From assembly GCA_035945995.1 (NCBI GenBank), contig DASYZR010000112.1:3230-67229 (forward strand): 64,000 bases of DNA. The letters run 5' to 3'. Position 1 is the first letter of the stretch; each line of letters starts with the position of its first letter. The notes beneath the pieces were generated by a model that worked only from the letters and a program-made list of their open reading frames with translations, was not told the DNA's origin and did no database searches. Source of the stretch: a bacterium. GTDB lineage: Bacteria > Sysuimicrobiota > Sysuimicrobiia > Sysuimicrobiales > Segetimicrobiaceae. The position numbers and the translations under genes were made by a program. Shown here piece by piece: positions 17,885 through 26,612 of the stretch.

Positions 17885-19087
17885 CTAGCGGGACCTCCGG
17901 AAAACGCGGGCCATGCGATGCACGGCGTCGCGAAGTACCGGCTCGGGCACCACCATCGAGATGCGCTCGAACCCCTCACCCTCGGCGCCGAAGTAGCCGC
18001 CCGGATACACGAACACGCCTTCCCGCTCCATCACCGCGAAGGCGTAGTCCTCAGAGGACAGCCCCGAGGGGCGAATGTCGACGAAGACGTAGAACGTGCC
18101 GCCGGGCCGCACGCACGGGATCCCCGCCTCCGCGAGCCGGGCCATCGCGAAGTCCCGCCGTCGCTGGAAAATCTCGCGCCGCTCCGCGAGAAGGTCCTGC
18201 GGCCCCGTCAGCGCGGCGACCGCCGCGTATTGCGAGATGCTGGGGGCGCAGATCGTCAGCGTATGCCGGACGGTCACCAACGCGTCGACCACTTCGCGCG
18301 GACCGGCGATGTACCCGACGCGCCAGCCGGTCATCGAGTACGCTTTGGAGAAGCCGTTGATGGTGATTGTGCGGCCGCGCATTTCGGGCATCGAGGCGAT
18401 GCTGAACGGCTGGCCGTCAAAGACGAGCGTCTCGTACAGCTCGTCGGAAACCAGGTAGAGGCCATGCCGCGCGGCCACGCGCGCGAGCCCCTCGAGCCGG
18501 TCACGCGGGTAGACGGTCCCGGTCGGGTTGTTGGGCGTCAGCAGCACGATCGCCTTGGTCCGCGGCGTGATGCGCTTCTCGAACTCCGCAGGATCAATCT
18601 GGAATCCGTCCACCGGCGACGTGGGAACCCCGACAAGCCGCGCGCCGAGGTAGTGGAGCATCGTCGCATACGAGTTGTAGTAGGGGTCCGCCATCACGAT
18701 CTCGTCGCCGGGGTTTAGCAGCGCGCACAGGGTGACGAACACCGCCTCCTGCGTCCCCGTGGTGATGACGACCTCGGTGTCGGGATCGACGTCGATGCCG
18801 TTGTCGCGTCGCAGTTTGTCGGCAACCGCACGCCGGAGCTCGGGGATCCCGCGAAGCGCGGTGTACTTGGTCAGGCCCTTTTCCAGCGCCTCCCGCCCCG
18901 CGGCGACGACGTGCGCCGGCGTCGGGAGATCCGGATCACCCCGTCCGAGGCCGATGCCGTCGGGCCGCCCCCGCAGCATGTCCATGAGGACTCCGGCTCG
19001 ACCGGCCTCGAGCGAGCGCACGCGATCGGCCAGCGGTACGACCATGTGCGCGCTCTGCGGCCGGTCGTGTTGAGAGAGGCTGCTCAT
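17885..19087 (-). CDS. Aminotransferase class I/II (AspAT-like)
   Basis: TPNNPTG and SKAYSMTGWRVGY (PLP lysine in SKAY) motifs. Confidence 0.85.
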   Translation of the reverse strand: MSSLSQHDRPQSAHMVVPLADRVRSLEAGRAGVLMDMLRGRPDGIGLGRGDPDLPTPAHVVAAGREALEKGLTKYTALRGIPELRRAVADKLRRDNGIDVDPDTEVVITTGTQEAVFVTLCALLNPGDEIVMADPYYNSYATMLHYLGARLVGVPTSPVDGFQIDPAEFEKRITPRTKAIVLLTPNNPTGTVYPRDRLEGLARVAARHGLYLVSDELYETLVFDGQPFSIASMPEMRGRTITINGFSKAYSMTGWRVGYIAGPREVVDALVTVRHTLTICAPSISQYAAVAALTGPQDLLAERREIFQRRRDFAMARLAEAGIPCVRPGGTFYVFVDIRPSGLSSEDYAFAVMEREGVFVYPGGYFGAEGEGFERISMVVPEPVLRDAVHRMARVFRRSR

Positions 19088-19090
19088 GCG

Positions 19091-20017
19091 TTACCTCCGG
19101 GGCTGCCCGACGGCGCCTGCAACGGCTTCAGGTTCGAGCTGCTCGATCATCGGCAGCAGGCGCGCGAGATGCACGTCCTCACCGGGCTGCGCCGTCCGCA
19201 GCGGAGGCCGGACGGGACCGCCGGGCCGTCCCAGCAAGTCGAGCAGCCGCTTGGTGCCGCTCGGGTTCGGGGTCTCGTACACGGCGTCGGCGATCGGCAA
19301 CGCCGCCAGCTGCAGCGCCCGAGCGGCCGCGAGATCGTTACGCCGGACGGCATCGTACAGCTTGACGAAGACCCTTGGGATGACCGCGCCCAGCGTGATG
19401 AGCGCGCCGGCGCCGCCCAAGGCGAGGGACGGCAGCACCAGGTCGTCCAACCCCTGCAAGACGCAGAAATCGGACGGGACTTCGCGTACGACGCGGGCGA
19501 ATTTGGCGAGATCGCCGCTCGCTTCTTTGAAGCCCACCACCTTGGGAATCCGCGCGGCGATGCGGATCAGGAGGCGGACGTCCATGTCGAGTCCGGCCCG
19601 GCCCGGCGAATTGAACACAATCAACGGCAGCTCGACGCGATCGGCGAGGTCCGCAACGTGCGCGTAGATGTCGTCTGAGGACGGCCGGACGAAATACGGC
19701 GCGATGATCATCACCGCGTCCGCTCCCGCGCGGGCCGCGGCCCGCCCGGCGGCGGCGATTCGTGCCGGATCGATGTACAGCGCGCCGGCAACAACACGGC
19801 AGCGCCCCGCGGCGCCTTCCACCGCCGCCTCGACGGCCGCGGCGTGTTCCGCATCGGTCAAGGAGAGCGCTTCACCGGTGCCGCCGCAGACGCAAACGGC
19901 ATGGACGCCCTGCCGCGCCAAAAAGTCCACTGTCGTCGCGATGCCTTTGGGATCCAAGGTCCCCGACGGCGTAAAGTTGGTGACCAGCGATGCGACGATC
20001 CCGGTGGGACGGTACAT
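19091..20017 (-). CDS. DapA-family (dihydrodipicolinate synthase / N-acetylneuraminate lyase-type) Schiff-base lyase
   Basis: TTVDFLARQGVHAVCVCGGTGE and the FKEASGD lysine region. Family is clear; reaction is unknown. Confidence 0.75.
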   Translation of the reverse strand: MYRPTGIVASLVTNFTPSGTLDPKGIATTVDFLARQGVHAVCVCGGTGEALSLTDAEHAAAVEAAVEGAAGRCRVVAGALYIDPARIAAAGRAAARAGADAVMIIAPYFVRPSSDDIYAHVADLADRVELPLIVFNSPGRAGLDMDVRLLIRIAARIPKVVGFKEASGDLAKFARVVREVPSDFCVLQGLDDLVLPSLALGGAGALITLGAVIPRVFVKLYDAVRRNDLAAARALQLAALPIADAVYETPNPSGTKRLLDLLGRPGGPVRPPLRTAQPGEDVHLARLLPMIEQLEPEAVAGAVGQPRR

Positions 20018-20083
20018 GGCGGTTCCTCCTCCGTGTGACGGTCTATGAATGGTGCACGTGCCGGCAGCGCCCGTCCGGACGCG

Positions 20084-21043
20084 CTAGGCGCCCGGCGAGT
20101 GGACCGGTTCGCGTCCTGTGAGGACGCGGACGACATCCTCGATCGTCTGTGTCACCTCGCGGTCCTGGGCTTCTACCGTATGCGCCGCGATGTGCGGCGA
20201 GACGATCGTCCGCGGCGCCGCCAGCAGCGGATTCCCCTCGGTGACGGGTTCGCCGGCGAAGACATCGACGCAGGCGCCCCCGATGCGTCCCCCGGCCAGC
20301 GCCTCGAGGAGGGCATCCTCATCGACGAGCGCGCCGCGCGCCGTATTCACAAGTAGCGCGTGCGGCTTCATGCGCCGCAACGCCGCCGCGTCGATCATAC
20401 GACGTGTTTCCGGCGTGACCATGGCGTGGAGGCACACGATATCCGACTGTGCCAACAACTCCGATAGGGCCACGAGCCGCACGCCCGCCGCCGCGGCGCG
20501 GTCGGCCGGCACTACGGGATCGCTTCCGAGAAGCGTGACGCCGAAACCGCCGAGACACCGCGCCACCCGGGCGCCGACATTACCGAGTCCGATCAGTCCG
20601 ACCGTCCGGCCGCGCAACTCGCGGCCGAAAGCCAATGTGTCGCGCCAGCCCCCCTCACGGACATGCCGCACGGCCGGCACGAGCTGGCGAAGGTGCGCGA
20701 GGATCAGCAGCACCGTATACTCGGCGACGCTGTCGGAGTTGGCTTCCGGCGCCCAGAGAATGCGGACTCCGCGGCGGCGCGCCGTATCCCAATCAACGTT
20801 CTCCGGCCGAGCGCCGAACTTGGCGACCACGCGCAGCGCGCCGGCCTGCTCGATCATGGGCCCTGTGACCCGGTCTCGGGACGTGATCAGCACCGCATGG
20901 GTATCGCGCAACTCCTGCGCAAGTTCGGTATCGTCCATCCGCCGATTCGATGGTCCTTGCCGGACTTCGCCAATCTCGCGAAGTTTCGCGATCGCCGGGT
21001 GGTCTCTCGGCTCGGTGATGAAAATGCGAAGCGGCCCGCTCAT
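20084..21043 (-). CDS. D-isomer-specific 2-hydroxyacid dehydrogenase (NAD-binding)
   Basis: Start at ATG 21043 (M91 of ORF 20084..21313). GLIGLGNVGARVA Rossmann and the catalytic R...E...H region (NTARGALVDEDAL...SPHIA). Confidence 0.8.
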   Translation of the reverse strand: MSGPLRIFITEPRDHPAIAKLREIGEVRQGPSNRRMDDTELAQELRDTHAVLITSRDRVTGPMIEQAGALRVVAKFGARPENVDWDTARRRGVRILWAPEANSDSVAEYTVLLILAHLRQLVPAVRHVREGGWRDTLAFGRELRGRTVGLIGLGNVGARVARCLGGFGVTLLGSDPVVPADRAAAAGVRLVALSELLAQSDIVCLHAMVTPETRRMIDAAALRRMKPHALLVNTARGALVDEDALLEALAGGRIGGACVDVFAGEPVTEGNPLLAAPRTIVSPHIAAHTVEAQDREVTQTIEDVVRVLTGREPVHSPGA

Positions 21044-21579
21044 CGCGAACTTTTCACGCGGTGCGACTCGGAACGCTCCGGCACACGCCCCCCGGGGAGA
21101 TCGCGCGTTGCGGGTCCTGGAAGTCCCCACAAGGCCGACCGTTTCGTAACTTTGAGGATGAAGGTCGTTTCCGTCCGCCGCACGCCGGGGATCTTGCCGA
21201 CCTGCTGTGTCAGGAAATCGACGAGTTCCTCGTCGGAGCGAAACTGGCCGATAATCAGAAAATCGTAGGTGCCGCTTGTATAGGCCAGAAAGTTGACTGC
21301 GTCCAGACGACAAAGGGCTTCTGCCGCGCCGACAGCCTTGTCGATGTCGACCTGGACTCCGATGAACGCGATCCGTTCATATCCGAAGAGTCCCGGGTTC
21401 ACCGCGAGGACAAAGTCGATTTGCCGGCCGCGGAGGAGACGCGCCACGCGCTTCCTGACGGTGGCTTCGGAGACTCCGAGCCGCCGGGCGATGGACAGAT
21501 TGGATGCCCGCGCCTGATCCTGCAACAGAGTAACGATCTGCCGGTCGGTGTCGTCGAGGTTACGACTCCGGCGAGGCAC
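21040..21579 (-). CDS. Lrp/AsnC-family transcriptional regulator
   Basis: LDDTDRQIVTLLQDQARASNLSIARRLGVSEATVRKRVARL HTH plus RAM domain. GTG start with upstream GGAG. Confidence 0.8.
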   Translation of the reverse strand: MPRRSRNLDDTDRQIVTLLQDQARASNLSIARRLGVSEATVRKRVARLLRGRQIDFVLAVNPGLFGYERIAFIGVQVDIDKAVGAAEALCRLDAVNFLAYTSGTYDFLIIGQFRSDEELVDFLTQQVGKIPGVRRTETTFILKVTKRSALWGLPGPATRDLPGGRVPERSESHRVKSSR

Positions 21580-21776
21580 GGCTGGCGCTCCATGGGTGTT
21601 TCTCGACGAATTTCGTCACGATTCCTACAATACGGTTCGATATACGGACTGGAAAACCCTCTGCGGGTCGAAGACACTCGACGTCGGCGGCAGCCGTCTT
21701 TCCACCGCGCCGGCGGGCGGCGCGCCAGCCGCCCTCCGAACGCACGAAGTCCGATCGATCGGCGGCGCGGCTGCGC

Positions 21777-22229
21777 TCACGCGCCGCGGCCCAGGGTCAC
21801 CTCCCGCTCGACCCGCGCAAGCATTCCGCCGATCTGCTGGGCCAGGGCGGCGCCGAGCAGCGGGTCGGCCAGACGGCCGCCCAGCCCGGGGAGCCGGACC
21901 TCCGCTTCATAGGTCAGGTCGGTCCCCCCGTCCGCATCACGGCACGAGAGGTGCAGTCGAAACTTCGGTCCGCCCGCCCCGGCCGGCGACTCGACGGCGA
22001 AGTCGCGGCCGGCCACGTAGAGCGTCACGTCGGCGACGATCTCGGCCGGCGACGCCGTGCCGCCGGGCCCGAACTCGAGCCGGACGCGCCGGGGTCCAAA
22101 GGCGTCGCGCTCGACCTGCACCAGCCCGATCCGAGGATCGAGGTCGGCGATCCGCGCCGGATCCGCGGCCAGCGCGAATACCTCGCGGGTCGGCGCGTCG
22201 ATGTGAACGGTACGCAGCACCCGGGCCAC
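21777..22229 (-). CDS. SRPBCC-family (polyketide cyclase/dehydrase, AHSA1-like) protein
   Basis: 150 aa with the MARVLRTVHIDAPTREVFALAADPARI opening typical of SRPBCC ligand-binding proteins. Confidence 0.55.
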   Translation of the reverse strand: MARVLRTVHIDAPTREVFALAADPARIADLDPRIGLVQVERDAFGPRRVRLEFGPGGTASPAEIVADVTLYVAGRDFAVESPAGAGGPKFRLHLSCRDADGGTDLTYEAEVRLPGLGGRLADPLLGAALAQQIGGMLARVEREVTLGRGA

Positions 22230-22248
22230 GGGCGGCCTGCCCCCTCGG

Positions 22249-22362
22249 CTACCGCGAGGACGCGATCACGCGCTCCGCCTTGATCTCATCTACGAGCCGC
22301 TCGGCGTCGCGGTTGGCTTCCTCGATCATGCCGCTCATTTCCTCGCGATGAATCCATACCAT
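22249..22362 (-). CDS. Candidate small protein (37 aa, MVWIHREEMSGMIEEANRDAERLVDEIKAERVIASSR)
   Basis: ATG at 22362 preceded by GGGGGGAGAA. Charged helical peptide divergent from the yciE-like gene. No family recognised. Confidence 0.3.
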   Translation of the reverse strand: MVWIHREEMSGMIEEANRDAERLVDEIKAERVIASSR

Positions 22363-22558
22363 GATTCTCCCCCCTTTTCCGACCCGGCCGTCCCCGCCGA
22401 TCCGCGGGCCCGGCCATGGGGTGCCCAGTCCAAAACACCGCAACCCGGGGTGTAGCGCGGCGGCCCCCGCGGTATGCCTCTACTGGGCGTGCGATGGACG
22501 CCGCGCAGGCGGGGCGTCGTCGCACCTCACACCACGGGCCACCGAAGGAGGCTTCGCC

Positions 22559-22972
22559 ATGCCGGCGAGGACGAGGCGTCAGTCGACGTCCGCCAGATCA
22601 GCGCCGCACCAACACGACGAGATGCACATGCAATCGCTCGAGGACCTCTTTGTCAAAGAGATCAAAGACCTCTACAACGCCGAGCAGCAAATCCTCAAGG
22701 CACTGCCCAAGATGATCCGCGAGGTATCGTCTGAGGAATTGCAGCAGGCGCTCCGGCAGCACTTCGATCAGACGAAGGGGCACGTCGAACGGCTCGATCA
22801 GGTCTTCGCGGACATCGGCGAGGCGGCCGGCGGTGCCAAGTGCAGGGGCATGGCGGGCATCCTCGAGGAAGGTTCGCAGATGCTGCGCGGGCCGGCGGAT
22901 GAATCGGTCAAGGACGCCGGCATCATCTCCGCGGCGCAGCGCGTCGAGCACTACGAGATGGCCGGGTGCTGA
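22559..22972 (+). CDS. YciE/YciF-like ferritin-like stress protein (DUF892)
   Basis: ATG 22559 with GAAGGAGG RBS, in frame with ORF 22361..22972. Sequence MQSLEDLFVKEIKDLYNAEQQILKALPKMIREVSSEELQQALRQHFDQTKGHVERL matches the DUF892 pattern. Confidence 0.75.
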   Translation: MPARTRRQSTSARSAPHQHDEMHMQSLEDLFVKEIKDLYNAEQQILKALPKMIREVSSEELQQALRQHFDQTKGHVERLDQVFADIGEAAGGAKCRGMAGILEEGSQMLRGPADESVKDAGIISAAQRVEHYEMAGC

Positions 22973-23138
22973 CCGAGATCGCGGAAGGCGCGGTCAACGT
23001 GAAAGCCGCCGAAGGAGACGGCCCGCCGCGCCGGCATCCTCCGGAGGGGGACGCGATGATGGGCGACGACGCGCAGACCCTGAAGGGGACGAGGAGTTGG
23101 ATCGCGAGCGACGGGACGCCGAGGTTCCCAGTGCGGTC

Positions 23139-23167
23139 GAGGGCGGGAAGCCGGGCTTCCCGCCCTC
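23139..23167. terminator. Perfect 12-bp stem hairpin (gagggcgggaag-ccggg-cttcccgccctc); bidirectional terminator candidate
   Basis: Read directly. Sits between the convergent yciE-like (+) and HMGL-like (-) gene ends. Confidence 0.55.
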
Positions 23168-23193
23168 GGACTTCGCCTCGATGCTCCGCGTCC

Positions 23194-24549
23194 CTAGCGT
23201 GTCGCGGTGCGCACTCTGCGCCCGCCCGATCGGTGGCGGCGGACCGCACCGGCGCGCCGGCCGGCCGCGGCGCCCGCCCGCCGGGCCGGGGCCTTCCTCC
23301 CTCTCGGGGGCCGGCGCCCGTTCCCCAGCTTGAGGACCTTGGACACGATGGCCCGAAACTCGCGATCGTCCAGCAGCGCGTGCTTCCGGAGCGAGGCGTC
23401 TTTCACGCCGGCCAGGATCGCATCGATGCGCGGGTCGTCGCTTGCGATGTCGCGTCCCCACGCCCGGAGACGATAGGCGATCGAGTCGCGGCCGTTCCCT
23501 TTGCCGGTGACGACGTCGGCTTCCGCCTGCCCCACCATGCTCCAGTGGAACGGGAACAGCTCGACCGGCTGCTCCGCCTTGCACCGCGACAGCCAGGAGC
23601 TGATGATCCCGGATTCCACCTTGAAGAGCATGTCCCCGACGATCGGCCGGTTGCTCGGCAGCTGAAACCGCGCGAGTTTCTGCACGAGCCGGCTGAGGCC
23701 GTACAGCTTGTCGTACCGGATGCCGAGGTCGACGCCGTACAGGACGCGCAGCGCCATCGCGACGTCTTCGAGCGCCGCGTTGCCCGCCCGCTCGCCGAGC
23801 GACGACACGGTGACGTGGGCGACCGGCACGCCCATGGCCAGCGACGTGATCGTGTTGGCGGCCGCCATCCCGAAATCGTCGTGAAAATGCGTTTCCAGAG
23901 GCTTTGTGATGCGCGATTGGACCCGGCGCGTGAACTCCGCGATCGCGTGCGGCGAGCACCCGCCGAACGTGTCCACGAGACCGAGCGCGTCCATGTGTCC
24001 TTCGCGCGCCACCCGCTCGATCAGGTTCAGAAACCAGTCGGCTTCGGCCCGGGTTCCGTCGATCGGAAAGAACACGGTGTACAACCCCTGGGACTTGGCG
24101 TACTGGGTCGCCTCGATGCTGAGGTCGATCGCCCGTTCGAGCGGCCAGCCGTACGCGTAGGTGATGATGTGCTGCGACGACGGGATCTCGATGACGATGC
24201 CGTCGACGCCGCAGTCCACGGCCTGTTTGACGTCGCTCACCATGCAACGGCAGAACGCGAAGATCTTCGGCCCGAGCCTGCGCCGGACGATGTCCTTGAT
24301 CGCCGCGGCATCGTCCTTGCTGACCGAGGGCATGCCGGCCTCGATCCGGTGGACCCCGACGTCCGCGAGCGCCTCGGCGATCCGGATCTTGTCGTCTCGC
24401 GTGAAGACCACGCCCGCCTGCTGCTCACCGTCCCGCAGCGTGATGTCGTGCAACTCGATGCGGTCGGCAAACTTCACCGACGAGGTGACGGCGGGCGCGT
24501 AATTGTACGGGCTGACAAACCACTGATTATCGTTCTTCCACGGGTCCAT
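23194..24549 (-). CDS. HMGL-like DRE-TIM metallolyase (homocitrate/2-isopropylmalate/citramalate synthase-like)
   Basis: Pyruvate-carboxyltransferase motifs LHDITLRDGEQQAGV and HFHDDFGMAAANT. Probable start is MDPWKN (M15 of ORF). The C-terminal 60 aa are Arg/Ala-rich low complexity, so the stop may be later than the functional end. Confidence 0.7.
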   Translation of the reverse strand: MDPWKNDNQWFVSPYNYAPAVTSSVKFADRIELHDITLRDGEQQAGVVFTRDDKIRIAEALADVGVHRIEAGMPSVSKDDAAAIKDIVRRRLGPKIFAFCRCMVSDVKQAVDCGVDGIVIEIPSSQHIITYAYGWPLERAIDLSIEATQYAKSQGLYTVFFPIDGTRAEADWFLNLIERVAREGHMDALGLVDTFGGCSPHAIAEFTRRVQSRITKPLETHFHDDFGMAAANTITSLAMGVPVAHVTVSSLGERAGNAALEDVAMALRVLYGVDLGIRYDKLYGLSRLVQKLARFQLPSNRPIVGDMLFKVESGIISSWLSRCKAEQPVELFPFHWSMVGQAEADVVTGKGNGRDSIAYRLRAWGRDIASDDPRIDAILAGVKDASLRKHALLDDREFRAIVSKVLKLGNGRRPPRGRKAPARRAGAAAGRRAGAVRRHRSGGRRVRTATR

Positions 24550-24697
24550 CCCGGCACTCCCTCCTGGGCGGATTCCGGCGCACGGCGCCATCGGCGGGCA
24601 TCTTCACAACACGCGGTACGGACCCTCGAAGACGTGTGGGCCGGACGCAGGCGCGGCTCCAGGTACCTTTCCGGCCGCCGCGGGGAATTCCTTCGGG

Positions 24698-25582
24698 TCA
24701 GCTTCGCAGCCGCGGATCCAGCACGTCCCGCAGCCAGTCGCCGGTGAGGTTCACGCCGAGCGCGGTCACGGCGAGCGCCGCTCCCGGAAACGCCGTGAGC
24801 CACCACGCAAAGAAAATGTAGTTGCGCCCGTCGCTGATCATGCTGCCCCAGGCCGGGGTGGGCGGCTGGACCCCGAAGCCGAGAAAACTGATCGTCGCTT
24901 CCGCGATGATGAACTGAGAGACCTGCAGCGTGCTGATCACGACGATCGGCGTCAGCACGTTCGGCAGGACGTGGCGCCACAGCAGGCGGACGGGCCGCGC
25001 GCCGACCGCCACCGCGGCCTGCACGTACTCGCGGTGGCGCAATGCGAGCACCTCGCCGCGCACGACGCGGACGTAGAGCGGCCAGCCGGCGATCACGAGG
25101 CTCACGATGATGTTGCGCAGGCCGGCGCCGATGACCGCGTTGACCACCAGCGCGAGCAGAATGAAGGGAAAACTCAACTGGACGTCCGCGATCCGTGTAA
25201 TCGTCGCGTCGGCCCAGCCGCCGGCGTAGCCGGAGACGAGGCCGAGGGTACATCCGATCAGGCCGGCAGCCAGGACGGTCACGAGGCCCACGGCCAGCGC
25301 GACGCGCGCTCCGTAGATGACCCTCGACAGCACGTCGCGCCCCAGTTGGTCTGTACCGAACGGATGCGCCGGTCCCGGCGGGCGCAGGATCGCGCCGAAC
25401 ACGGGCGCGGTCGGGCTGGACGGCGCCAGCCACGGTGCCGAGGCGGCCGCGAGGATGATCGCGGCCACGATGAGCACACCGGCGAGACCCGTTCGGCTGC
25501 GCAGGAGGGCGCGGACGGAGGACGACCGCGGCGTGACCACCGCGGCGGACCGGACCAGCATCGCCGTGGCGGCCTCACGCAT
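24698..25582 (-). CDS. ABC transporter permease (DppC-type)
   Basis: Conserved permease loop and 6 predicted TM segments. Homologous to 10775..11683. Confidence 0.85.
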   Translation of the reverse strand: MREAATAMLVRSAAVVTPRSSSVRALLRSRTGLAGVLIVAAIILAAASAPWLAPSSPTAPVFGAILRPPGPAHPFGTDQLGRDVLSRVIYGARVALAVGLVTVLAAGLIGCTLGLVSGYAGGWADATITRIADVQLSFPFILLALVVNAVIGAGLRNIIVSLVIAGWPLYVRVVRGEVLALRHREYVQAAVAVGARPVRLLWRHVLPNVLTPIVVISTLQVSQFIIAEATISFLGFGVQPPTPAWGSMISDGRNYIFFAWWLTAFPGAALAVTALGVNLTGDWLRDVLDPRLRS

Positions 25583-25612
25583 GCCCGAACGCCGGCGCCC
25601 GCTTGACGTGCA

Positions 25613-26530
25613 TCATTGATATCGGACGCGCGGGTCGATCCAGAGGTAGGCGAGGTCCACGGCCAGGTTCATCGTCACGTAGATCACCGACGTGCAGAAG
25701 ACCCCCACCATGACCACCGGGAAGTCACGGCCGAGCAGCGCGTTTAAGATGTAGGCGCCCATCCCCGGCCACGCGAAGATCGTCTCGGTGACCACCGCGC
25801 CGCCCAGCAGCTGACCGGCGTTGAGGCCGAAGACCGTCACGATCGGGATTGCCGCATTCTTGATCACGTGGCGGAGCATCACGCCCGGCTCCTGCAGGCC
25901 CTTGGCTCGGGCGGTACGGACGTAGTCCTGCCCCAGCGCGTCCAGAACCGACGAGCGCGTGATGCGCGCGATCTGGGCGGCGTAGAACGCCGTCAGCGTG
26001 AGCGTCGGCAGCACAAAATGCGGCCATCCTCCGAACCCGCTGACGGGCAGCCAGCGAAGCCAGACGCCGAAGACCCAGATCAGCATCAACCCCAGCCAAA
26101 ATCCCGGAATCGCCTGCCCGGCGGCGGTCAGGGCGATCCCGAGGTGGTCCACCGCGGTCCCTCGGTACCTGGCGGAGACGATACCGACGGGCACGGCCAC
26201 GGACGCGACGACCGCGAGCGACACCAGGGCGAGTTCGGCTGTCGCGGGCAGCCGCTCGAGGACGAGGCTCAAGGCCGGCGCCCGATACCGGAGCGACGCG
26301 CCGAAGTCCCCGTGCATCGCCCGGCCGAGAAACTCCACGTACTGCGCCCCCAGCGGGCGGTCGAAGCCCAGGAGATGGCGGAACTGTGCGATGTCTTTGG
26401 GCTGCACGTCGAGCGGCAGGAATAGAATCACCGGGTCCCCGGTGATGCGAACGAGAAAGAACACGGCCGTCAGGGCCAGAAACACCGCCACAACCGCCTG
26501 ACCAATCCGGCCAAGCAGATAGCGCGACAT
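25613..26530 (-). CDS. ABC transporter permease (DppB-type)
   Basis: MSRYLLGRIGQAVVAVFLALTAVFFLV DppB-like N-terminus; TARAKGL signature. Confidence 0.85.
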   Translation of the reverse strand: MSRYLLGRIGQAVVAVFLALTAVFFLVRITGDPVILFLPLDVQPKDIAQFRHLLGFDRPLGAQYVEFLGRAMHGDFGASLRYRAPALSLVLERLPATAELALVSLAVVASVAVPVGIVSARYRGTAVDHLGIALTAAGQAIPGFWLGLMLIWVFGVWLRWLPVSGFGGWPHFVLPTLTLTAFYAAQIARITRSSVLDALGQDYVRTARAKGLQEPGVMLRHVIKNAAIPIVTVFGLNAGQLLGGAVVTETIFAWPGMGAYILNALLGRDFPVVMVGVFCTSVIYVTMNLAVDLAYLWIDPRVRYQ

Positions 26531-26612
26531 CGCCGCCTACGGCGGGGCGTCCCGGGTCACGCCGTAAGCCGAGCCCCGAACGGGGAGGCGCCTCGCGGGC
26601 CCACGGTCCGCG

